From NCBI GenBank assembly GCA_038046625.1, contig JBBSVV010000046.1, positions 1 to 10,616 of the forward strand: 10,616 bases of DNA. The letters are read 5' to 3'. The translations under genes and the position numbers were made by a program. This document shows, one piece after another, positions 1-6,721 of this stretch; within the stretch, counting starts at the first letter, position 1; each line of letters begins with the position of its first letter. The notes under the pieces were generated by a model. The model did no database searches and was not told the origin of the DNA. It was given only the letters and a program-made list of their open reading frames with translations. This DNA is from an archaeon. GTDB lineage: Archaea > Iainarchaeota > Iainarchaeia > Iainarchaeales > Iainarchaeaceae.

Positions 1-53
1 GAAGGAATAGTAGTTGGTGCACACTGTATCTGAAGTGAATCTTCTTTGGATAT

Positions 54-92
54 AATGCCCGGAAATGGCTTTTTTTAGGCTATTCTGGCATT
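54..92 (+). terminator. Imperfect hairpin (AATGCC...GGCATT arms) containing a T7 run (70-76); possible terminator of an upstream transcript or part of the leader
   Basis: Pairing by eye of 54-71 with 77-92, with two bulges and G-U pairs that favour the + strand RNA. Oligo-T tracts are the usual archaeal intrinsic terminators. Function is inferred. Confidence 0.3.
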
Positions 93-117
93 CGCAGCAT
101 AGGCATTTATTGGTGAG

Positions 118-241
118 CCGTGTCTCCATCAAAGCAGCGAAAACCGCCGTAAGGCGGTAAATCCGTCAACGGAAAATGAAGACACCGGGACATGTAATTC
201 AGGTGTGGCTTCATTTTGGGTTGAAAGAGTTGAATTTGTAA
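118..241 (+). promoter_or_regulatory. Structured 5' leader of the ribosomal protein operon (putative cis-regulatory RNA)
   Basis: ACCGCC-GTAA-GGCGGT GNRA hairpin (143-158) and TCCG-TCAA-CGGA hairpin (162-173), enclosed by stem 118-129/176-188. An alternative long hairpin spans 173-217. It lies directly upstream of rpl3, which has no obvious SD. Confidence 0.5.
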
Positions 242-1291
242 ATGTCGGCGCATAAACCACGTTCCGGAAGCATGGGTTACTACCCAAGGGTCAGGGCAAA
301 GAAGCACCTGGCTAATTTTACCAGTTATCCGACTATCGAAGGCCCCGCAAAGCCGCTCAATTTTTTTGGTTACAAGGCGGGAATGATAAGCGTTTTCGCA
401 AAGAACGCGCACGAAAAAAGCGTTTCGTTCGGGCAGGACACAACGATGCCCGCAACCGTAATTGAGTGCCCGCCCGTAAAAATTTTCGGCGCGCGCGTGT
501 ACGGAAAAACGCATTATGGCCTGAAAGTCCTTGGAGAGGCAACGATTGACAAGGTGGACAAGCATTTCAGGAAAAGGCACGTTTCATTCAAAAAGAAGGG
601 AAAAAAGAAGAAGGAAGAAAAAAAATACGCGGGTTTCGGGGACCTTGAAAAATTCAAGGCTGAGGCGCAAAAAATTGTTCTGCTTGCGGAAATACGGGCT
701 TCTGAAACCGCGTTCGGGAAAAAGAAATCCGACATAGCCGAAATCACTCTCGGGGGCTCTCTGGAGAACCAGTTTGTTTTTGCAAAGGAAAAATTCGGAA
801 AAGAATTGCGCATCACCGATGTCTTCGGGCCGCAGCAATTCATTGATGTCAAGGCAGTTGACAAGGGAAAAGGTTTCCAGGGGCCAGTAAAGAGGTTCGG
901 GGTCAAGGTCCACAGGCCAAAGGCAAAAAAGCACCGTTACGTCGGAAGCATCAGCCCGTGGCACCCTCCTACTGTAATGTGGACGGTCCCGAGGCCGGGG
1001 CAAATGGGTTACCAAACGAGAACAGAGCTCAACAAAAGAATTCTCGCCATTGACAATGATGTTTCATTGGTGAATCCTTCGGGCGGGTTCTCGCAGTACG
1101 GAATAGTGAAGAGCGAGTATATTGTTGTGCTTGGCTCCATTCCCGGCGCACCGAAAAGGCCGATTTCAATGAGGGTTAACGTGAGGCCGATTGCACTTAC
1201 CCACAAAAAGTTTACTGACATCAAAATGCCTTTTGGGAACATTGAAGAAAAAAAAACCGCAAAGGAAACCGCGGAGATTGATGCGCAATGA
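242..1291 (+). CDS. rpl3: 50S ribosomal protein uL3 (archaeal type)
   Basis: N-terminal HKPRSGSMGYYPRVRA; motifs GYKAGM, KGKGFQGPVKRFG, GSISPWHP, GQMGYQTRTELNKRI, GSIPGAPKR. First gene of the cluster. Confidence 0.98.
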   Translation: MSAHKPRSGSMGYYPRVRAKKHLANFTSYPTIEGPAKPLNFFGYKAGMISVFAKNAHEKSVSFGQDTTMPATVIECPPVKIFGARVYGKTHYGLKVLGEATIDKVDKHFRKRHVSFKKKGKKKKEEKKYAGFGDLEKFKAEAQKIVLLAEIRASETAFGKKKSDIAEITLGGSLENQFVFAKEKFGKELRITDVFGPQQFIDVKAVDKGKGFQGPVKRFGVKVHRPKAKKHRYVGSISPWHPPTVMWTVPRPGQMGYQTRTELNKRILAIDNDVSLVNPSGGFSQYGIVKSEYIVVLGSIPGAPKRPISMRVNVRPIALTHKKFTDIKMPFGNIEEKKTAKETAEIDAQ

Positions 1292-2166
1292 AAGCAACTG
1301 TAATGGGTTTGGACGGCAAGAAAGCCCGCGAAATTGAGTTGCCGATGCAGTTCTCCGGGCAGATTGATGCACCGCTCATAAAGCGCGCGGTGCTCGCAAT
1401 CCAGTCCGCGCAGAAGCAGGCAAAGGCGCCTTACATTTTGGCGGGAAGGGACAACACCGCGGTTTACATTGGCGCAAGGGGAAAGCCGCAGGAGCACCGC
1501 ACCATAAACACGGAGCACTCCAGGAAACCCAGGATGAAGAACCACCGCGGAATAATTTCGGGGCGCGTCGCGGCGATTCCGGGCGTTGTCGGGGGGCCGA
1601 AAGCGCATCCGCCCAAGGTTGGGAAGATTTTAGAGGAAAAAATAAATGCAAAGGAAAAGAAAAAGGCGACCGCGAGCGCGATTGCCGCAACCGCTTCAAA
1701 GGAAACGGTAAGGGCAAGGGGCCACGTGTTCGAGGAAAAGGTTTCCTTTCCGATTGTTGTTGAGGCTTCTTTCGAGCAGCTCGAAAAAACCGGAAAGGTG
1801 AAGGAAACGCTGGAGAACCTCGGCGTTTGGGTTGACGTTGAAAAGGCGAAAGCCAAGAAGCAATTGCGCGCGGGAAAAGGGAAAAAGCGCGGAAGGAAGT
1901 ACAAGAAGAGGAAAAGCGTTTTGATTGTTGTCGCGGATTCGCAGAAGCCGTACAGGGCGGCAAGAAACATCGAGGGAGTAGACATTATTTCGGCGAGGAA
2001 CCTCAATGCGGATTTGCTCGCGCCGGGAGCGGTTCCGGGAAGGCTTACTCTCTGGACCGAGGGCGCATTGAAGGTTCTTTCGGGCGAGAAAAAGGAAATG
2101 AAATCAGCGAAAGTTTCTGAAGTTGAAAAAGTTGCGGTTAAGAAAATGGCGAAGGCTACGGCGTGA
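1288..2166 (+). CDS. rpl4: 50S ribosomal protein uL4 (archaeal type), Lys/Glu-rich C-terminal tail
   Basis: Motifs GGPKAHPPK, KINAKEKKKA..SAIAAT, RARGH, RAGKGKKRGRKYK, LLAPGAVPGRLTLWT. ATGA overlap with rpl3. Confidence 0.97.
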   Translation: MKATVMGLDGKKAREIELPMQFSGQIDAPLIKRAVLAIQSAQKQAKAPYILAGRDNTAVYIGARGKPQEHRTINTEHSRKPRMKNHRGIISGRVAAIPGVVGGPKAHPPKVGKILEEKINAKEKKKATASAIAATASKETVRARGHVFEEKVSFPIVVEASFEQLEKTGKVKETLENLGVWVDVEKAKAKKQLRAGKGKKRGRKYKKRKSVLIVVADSQKPYRAARNIEGVDIISARNLNADLLAPGAVPGRLTLWTEGALKVLSGEKKEMKSAKVSEVEKVAVKKMAKATA

Positions 2167-2168
2167 TT
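2134..2168 (+). repeat. 35-nt dispersed direct repeat, copy 1 (rpl4 3' end and junction)
   Basis: GCGGTTAAGAAAATGGCGAAGGCTACGGCGTGATT; 33/35 identical to 7070-7104. Confidence 0.9.
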
Positions 2169-2172
2169 CGTG

Positions 2173-2640
2173 ATGGCGGAAAAAAAGGCTGAGCACAAGC
2201 ATTCTCACGGCGAGAAAGGGCACAAACACGCTCATGAAGAGCATAAGCACGCCCATAAAGAAGAGAAAAAGGTTGAAGCTAAAAAAGAAGTTAAGCAGGA
2301 GAAGAAAGCCGAAGAGAAAAAAGCAGAGCCGAAGAAAGAGGTTAAAGGCAAAAAGACGAAAGAGGAAATCGAGGTGGAGCTTGAGAGCCTGAATGTTCTG
2401 AAGTATCCTTTGATTACGGAAAAAGCGGTTAACATGATTGAGGCGGAGAACAAACTTGTTTTTGTTGTCGATAACCGCGCAACCAAGGTTACTGTAAAAA
2501 AAGCGGTTGAGTCGCTTTACAAGGTGAAAGTCAGGAAAGTCAACATGCTGAAGGACATGAAGGGGAAGAAGCGCGCAATAGTGAGGCTCATGAAGGAATT
2601 CAAGGCCGGCAACGTTGCCACAAAACTCGGAGTAATTTGA
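2173..2640 (+). CDS. rpl23: 50S ribosomal protein uL23 with about 70-aa His/Lys/Glu-rich N-terminal extension
   Basis: Core LKYPLITEKAVNMIEAENKLVFVVD...KVRKVNML...GKKRAIVRL...ATKLGVI. ATG at 2173 (alternative GTG 2170). Syntenic. Confidence 0.95.
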   Translation: MAEKKAEHKHSHGEKGHKHAHEEHKHAHKEEKKVEAKKEVKQEKKAEEKKAEPKKEVKGKKTKEEIEVELESLNVLKYPLITEKAVNMIEAENKLVFVVDNRATKVTVKKAVESLYKVKVRKVNMLKDMKGKKRAIVRLMKEFKAGNVATKLGVI

Positions 2641-2654
2641 TTGGTGGTTTTGGA

Positions 2655-3374
2655 ATGGGCAAAAGACTGAAGACACAGAGAAGGGGTGCGGGAAGCCCGG
2701 TTTACATTGCGACAAAGCACGGAGTCGCGGTTCCGAAATACATTGATTATAATTACACGAAGGAACAGCTTCTCAAAGGTGAAATTGTAGAACTCATTAA
2801 TGACCCCGCAAGAACCGGAGTGCTCGCAAAAATAAGGTTCGACAACGGGATGGAAGATTACATGATTGCGGCGGAGGGAATTTACACTGGCCAGCGCGTG
2901 GAATTCGGCGCAAATGCAGCCCTTGAAGTCGGCAACGTGAAGCACCTGAAGGAGTGCATTGAAGGATGCCCGGTTTTCAACATTGAAATGGCTCCGGGAG
3001 ACGGCGGAAGCCTCGTGAAAACCTCTGGCGGTTATGCGCTTATACTTACAAAGGAGAAGGGCAAGGCATTGGTTAAGATGCCCTCCGGAAAAATAGTTGA
3101 AATGAATGCGAACTGCCGCGCAACAATAGGGTGCGCCGGCGGGGGCGGAAGGAAGGACAAGCCATTCGTGAAGGCAGGGAAGAAATACATTGCAATGAGG
3201 GCGCGCCACAAGAAATACCCCACAGTGAGGGGAGTTGCAATGAATGCAGTTGACCACCCGTTCGGCGGAGCGAACCACCACCCGGGAAAATCGAAATCAA
3301 CATCGAGGCATGCTCCCCCGGGAAGGAAAGTCGGGGACATTGCATCTTCGAGAACGGGAAGGAGAAAGAAGTGA
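2655..3374 (+). CDS. rpl2: 50S ribosomal protein uL2
   Basis: MGKRLKTQRRGAG start; DPARTG, GGGGRKDKPFVKAG, VRGVAMNAVDHPFGG, PPGRKVGDIASSRTG. Start set at ATG 2655 after GGTGG SD, not TTG 2637. Confidence 0.98.
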   Translation: MGKRLKTQRRGAGSPVYIATKHGVAVPKYIDYNYTKEQLLKGEIVELINDPARTGVLAKIRFDNGMEDYMIAAEGIYTGQRVEFGANAALEVGNVKHLKECIEGCPVFNIEMAPGDGGSLVKTSGGYALILTKEKGKALVKMPSGKIVEMNANCRATIGCAGGGGRKDKPFVKAGKKYIAMRARHKKYPTVRGVAMNAVDHPFGGANHHPGKSKSTSRHAPPGRKVGDIASSRTGRRKK

Positions 3375-3395
3375 CATTCTGTTTGAGGTGTATGC

Positions 3396-3800
3396 ATGGC
3401 TAAGGGAGATTTTACTTTCAGGGGAAAAACAATGGAGGAACTCAGGGGCATGAGCGTGCAGGATTTTGCAAAGCTCTGCACTTCGCGCACAAGGAGAACG
3501 CTGCGCAAGGGCATTGACGAGCACTTCATGAAGAAAGTGAAGCACGCGCACGAGGTTCTCGCGCAGGGAAAATTCCCAAAGCCAGTGAAGACGCATAACC
3601 GCGACATGATTGTCGTTCCCGCAATGGTTGGAATAACGGTTGCGGTTTTCATGGGCAACGGGTTCCAGAATGTCGAGGTAAAGGAAAAAATGCTCGGGCA
3701 TTACTTTGGGGAATTTGCGTTGACAAGGAAGAGGCTTACACACGGAAAGGCAGGAATCGGGGCTACGAAGAGCTCGACCGCGATAACGGCAAGAGGATGA
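3396..3800 (+). CDS. rps19: 30S ribosomal protein uS19
   Basis: FTFRGKTMEEL, VKTHNRDMIVVPAMVG, MLGHYFGEFALTRK, HGKAGIGATKSS. SD GAGGTG at 3385-3390. Confidence 0.97.
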   Translation: MAKGDFTFRGKTMEELRGMSVQDFAKLCTSRTRRTLRKGIDEHFMKKVKHAHEVLAQGKFPKPVKTHNRDMIVVPAMVGITVAVFMGNGFQNVEVKEKMLGHYFGEFALTRKRLTHGKAGIGATKSSTAITARG

Positions 3801-3807
3801 TGAAAAA

Positions 3808-4278
3808 ATGGTGAAGAAAGCGTATCAGGTCCAGCAGAGTTTTGGCCCAAAAAGCGCGAGGGCAATGGTGAAGAACAAGCCGGTTTCCCTGAAGTTCACG
3901 CTTGAAATAATTGCGAACGTGAAGGGAAAGCGCCTGGACAAGTCACTCGCGTGGATGCACAGGATCCTGAACCACGAGGAGTTCCTCCCTTTGAGAAGGT
4001 ACCACAAAAAGGTTGCGCACAGGAAAGGAGAGGCAAAAAGGTTCTCCAAGGCGGGAAGGTATCCGGAGCGCACAGTAAAGGCATTCATAGAGCTCCTGGA
4101 GCTCGTGAAGGCGAACGCGGATTACAAGGGCCTTGATTCGGACAATTTGCTGATTGCGCACGCATTCGCGTCACAGGGATTTTCAAGGTCCTCAAACCAG
4201 TCACAGGGAAGGATTGCGGGCAAGAGAAGGAAGAGCAAGGCAACGCACATTGAAATTATTGTTACGGAGGCGAAATGA
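3808..4278 (+). CDS. rpl22: 50S ribosomal protein uL22 (archaeal type)
   Basis: PLRRYHKKVAHRKG, AGRYPERTVKAF, VKANADYKGLD, THIEII. Syntenic between rps19 and rps3. Confidence 0.95.
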   Translation: MVKKAYQVQQSFGPKSARAMVKNKPVSLKFTLEIIANVKGKRLDKSLAWMHRILNHEEFLPLRRYHKKVAHRKGEAKRFSKAGRYPERTVKAFIELLELVKANADYKGLDSDNLLIAHAFASQGFSRSSNQSQGRIAGKRRKSKATHIEIIVTEAK

Positions 4279-4282
4279 TTAT

Positions 4283-5206
4283 ATGATTGAAAGGATTTTT
4301 ATCGAGCAGGGAATGAAAAAGCTTGAGCTGGACAGTTACCTCGCGAAGGAGCTGGACAAAGCAGGTTTCACGAAATCCGAAATCGTGAAGACTCCGTTGG
4401 TAACGAGAATCGTGGTTAATGTCACTAGGCCGGGGCTTGCAATCGGAAAGAGCGGAAGCAATATTGCGCAGCTCACCGAAACAATCGAGAAGCGCTTTAA
4501 GATAGACAACCCGCAGCTTGAGATAAGGGAAATTGAAAAGCCTGAATTAGACGCGCAGGCGGTTGCAAACAAATTGAAGGCGCTTATTGAGCGCGGATTC
4601 TCGTGGAGAAGCGTGGTTTTCAAGACTTTCAGGGACACGCAGGCCGCGGGCGCGCAGGGAATAGAAATTATCGTGAGCGGAAAAATCGCGGGAAAAGGGG
4701 ACAGGAAAAGGGCGCAGAGGATTGCTTGGGGTTACATGAAAAAGGTCGGGGAACAGGCGAAGCTTGTTGATTATGGCGCGACATCGGCACATCCGAAGGT
4801 CGGCGCAATAGGAATCAAAGTCAGGATTGTGAGGCCGGAAACAAAGTTCCCGGACAAAACCAGGATTCAGGATTATGTGAAGAAGATGGAGGAGAACACC
4901 GCGGCACTGGAAGCGGCTGATAAAAAAGCGAAAGAAGCTGCGGAGCCGCCGCAGGCTGCTGCGGAGAGCGCCGAGGAAAAGCCGGAAATGGAAGTTAAAG
5001 CGGAAAAGGGCGGAGAAAAAAAAGCGGAGCCGAAGAAAGAGGCGAGCAAAGCGAGCCAAGTCCCTGCGAAGCACAAGAGCATGCACAAAGAGGAGAAGGG
5101 CGAAAAGAAGGCGGAGAAAAAAGAGGTAAAGGCCGAGGGCGGAGAAAAAAAGGAAATTGTTTCCTTTGGAGAGAAAGCCGATGAAGAAGGGGAAAAGGAG
5201 GAGTGA
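4283..5206 (+). CDS. rps3: 30S ribosomal protein uS3 with about 110-aa low-complexity C-terminal tail
   Basis: MIERIFI start at 4283; the upstream part of ORF 4154 overlaps rpl22 and is spurious. KH motif RPGLAIGKSGSNI, PELDAQ, AGAQGIEIIVSGKI, GAIGIKVRI. Confidence 0.97.
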   Translation: MIERIFIEQGMKKLELDSYLAKELDKAGFTKSEIVKTPLVTRIVVNVTRPGLAIGKSGSNIAQLTETIEKRFKIDNPQLEIREIEKPELDAQAVANKLKALIERGFSWRSVVFKTFRDTQAAGAQGIEIIVSGKIAGKGDRKRAQRIAWGYMKKVGEQAKLVDYGATSAHPKVGAIGIKVRIVRPETKFPDKTRIQDYVKKMEENTAALEAADKKAKEAAEPPQAAAESAEEKPEMEVKAEKGGEKKAEPKKEASKASQVPAKHKSMHKEEKGEKKAEKKEVKAEGGEKKEIVSFGEKADEEGEKEE

Positions 5207-5211
5207 TTGCC

Positions 5212-5439
5212 ATGGTTAAGAAGCTTGCTGTTTTGAGGGACAATTCTGTCGAGGAACTGGAGGCGAAGATAGTGGATTTGAAGAACCTGCTTTCCAAGGA
5301 GAAGGCAATGGTTTCCTCCGGAACAAGGGCGGAGAAGCCCTCCAAAATAAGGAACACGAGAAGGCAGATTGCGAGGATTCTTACAATAATCAATGAAAAG
5401 AAAACTGCAAAAACGGCGGTGAAGGCAAAAAATGGTTGA
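5212..5439 (+). CDS. rpl29: 50S ribosomal protein uL29
   Basis: LRDNSVEELEAKIVDLK...EKPSKIRNTRRQIARILTIINEK. ATG 5212 after GGAGGAGTGA. Confidence 0.94.
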   Translation: MVKKLAVLRDNSVEELEAKIVDLKNLLSKEKAMVSSGTRAEKPSKIRNTRRQIARILTIINEKKTAKTAVKAKNG

Positions 5440-5734
5440 AATTGACAAGGTTACGGGCCTCCCGAAGGATCTTTTGGATTTCGGCGACATCACGAAGGAG
5501 TCGCAGAAAATCAAGGTCACGGAAATGATGAGGCGGTTCAGGAAATTCATGACCATTGTCAGCGGCCTTGAGGACGAGAAGGAAGCGAAGAGGCTTGGAA
5601 AGGAACTGAAGAGAAAGCTTGCGTGCGGCGGTACTGTGAAGGGAACGAAGATTGAGTTGCAGGGAAAGCATTCGGCCAAAGTCAAGGAAATTCTTTTGGC
5701 GAACGGTTACAGGGAGGAATTGATAGATGCTTAA
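5432..5734 (+). CDS. sui1: Translation initiation factor aIF1 / SUI1 homolog
   Basis: GLPKDL, RRFRKFMTIVSGL, LKRKLACGGTVK, IELQGKH. Position after rpl29 as in several archaeal lineages. Confidence 0.95.
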   Translation: MVEIDKVTGLPKDLLDFGDITKESQKIKVTEMMRRFRKFMTIVSGLEDEKEAKRLGKELKRKLACGGTVKGTKIELQGKHSAKVKEILLANGYREELIDA

Positions 5735-6029
5735 GGGGGAAAATTATTGCATCACCGCGGAAAACATCCGCGCGCACGAAATGATAGGCCTCAATGCGAA
5801 GGTTATTGGAAGCGCGGAAAGGAGCAGGATTGGATTGAGCGGAAAAATTGTGGACGAAACCAGGAACACGTTCGTAATTGAATCGCATGGAGTGGAGAAG
5901 ATTGTCCCGAAAGCGGAAGCCGTTTTCGAGTTTGAGCTTGGAAAGGAAAAAGTGAAGGTTGATGGAAAGGACATTTTGTATAGGCCTGAGGCGAGGACAA
6001 AGGCTTTGTGGAGGAATATGAATGCCTGA
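5727..6029 (+). CDS. rnp1: Ribonuclease P protein component 1 (Rpp29/Pop4 homolog)
   Basis: ITAENIRAHEMIGL, GLSGKIVDETRNTFVI, KIVPKAEAVFEF, VDGKDILYRPEAR. Canonical position before rps17. Confidence 0.95.
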   Translation: MLKGENYCITAENIRAHEMIGLNAKVIGSAERSRIGLSGKIVDETRNTFVIESHGVEKIVPKAEAVFEFELGKEKVKVDGKDILYRPEARTKALWRNMNA

Positions 6030-6306
6030 AAGCAAAAATGGGAAAACGAGGGCAATTAAGGTCAGGGGCGCGGTGCTCATTGGGAAAGTCGTGAGTTCGA
6101 AGGCGCCGAAAACCGTTACGGTTGAAAGGATACTAACCAGGTATGTTCCAAAGTACGAGAGGTACAAGAAAACGAAATCGAAAGTCCGCGCGCATAACCC
6201 CGAGAACATAAATGCCAAGGACGGCGACATAGTGAAGATAGGCGAGACAAGGAAAATAAGCAAGACGAAGAGTTTCATTGTGATGGAGATATTGAAGAAG
6301 GCTTGA
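6022..6306 (+). CDS. rps17: 30S ribosomal protein uS17
   Basis: VRGAVLIGKVVSSKAPKTVTVER, PKYERY, AHNP, GDIVKIGETRKISKTKSF. GGAGG SD upstream. Confidence 0.97.
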   Translation: MPESKNGKTRAIKVRGAVLIGKVVSSKAPKTVTVERILTRYVPKYERYKKTKSKVRAHNPENINAKDGDIVKIGETRKISKTKSFIVMEILKKA

Positions 6307-6320
6307 AGGGTGGTGTGGGC

Positions 6321-6719
6321 ATGAAGGCAATCAACGCGTCAATCGTAAGGTCACTGAACCACGGAAGCATATGTTTCTGTGCGGACAATTCAGGGGCAAA
6401 GGAGGTCAAAATCATTGCGGTTTACAAGTACCATGGAAGGAAAAAGACGCAGCCGCGCGGCGGGATAGCGGATCTCGTGAATGTTGTTGTGAAGAAGGGA
6501 AAGCCGGAAATCAGGAAGAAGGTTGAAAGGGCCGTTGTTATCAGGGTTAGAAAAGAATACAGGCGCCCTGACGGAACAAGAATAAAATTCGAGGACAACG
6601 CGGTTGTAATTGTCGATGAAAAAGGGTTGCCGAAGGGCTCCGAGGTTAAGGGAGTCGTGGCAAAGGAAGTCGGGGAAAGGTTCCCGAAAATAGCTGGAAT
6701 AAGTTCAGGGGTTGTGTGA
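6321..6719 (+). CDS. rpl14: 50S ribosomal protein uL14
   Basis: CADNSGAKEVKII, VVKKGKPE, RKEYRRPDGTRIKFEDNAVVIVD, PKGSEVKGVVAKEV. ATG 6321 after GGTGG. Confidence 0.98.
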   Translation: MKAINASIVRSLNHGSICFCADNSGAKEVKIIAVYKYHGRKKTQPRGGIADLVNVVVKKGKPEIRKKVERAVVIRVRKEYRRPDGTRIKFEDNAVVIVDEKGLPKGSEVKGVVAKEVGERFPKIAGISSGVV

Positions 6720-6721
6720 GT

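Noticed and set aside
1..33. Possible 3' end of an upstream CDS (EGIVVGAHCI*)
   Set aside because: Only 10 codons are visible, so it cannot be identified or supported.
49..111. Promoter candidates ATATAAT (50-56) and TTTATT (106-111)
   Set aside because: Neither is a clean archaeal TTTAWA box with a purine-rich BRE, so no promoter can be assigned without TSS data.
112..190. Resemblance of the leader to a fluoride riboswitch (GGTGA...CTCC...AAACCGC...ATGA..ACACC) or to the SRP RNA 5' domain (GAAACCGCCG)
   Set aside because: The GAUG and GCUxAUGAC fluoride core is not matched and the gene context is wrong. There is no SRP helix 8 motif or room for a 7S RNA. A cmscan run would settle it.
1248..1256. 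A9 run near the end of rpl3, and similar A runs in other tails, as programmed frameshift sites
   Set aside because: All frames are intact, the runs are explained by Lys/Glu codons, and no stimulatory structure or useful shifted product is evident.
242..5439. Absence of uS10 before uL3 and of uL16 between uS3 and uL29
   Set aside because: This is normal for archaea, where these genes lie elsewhere.
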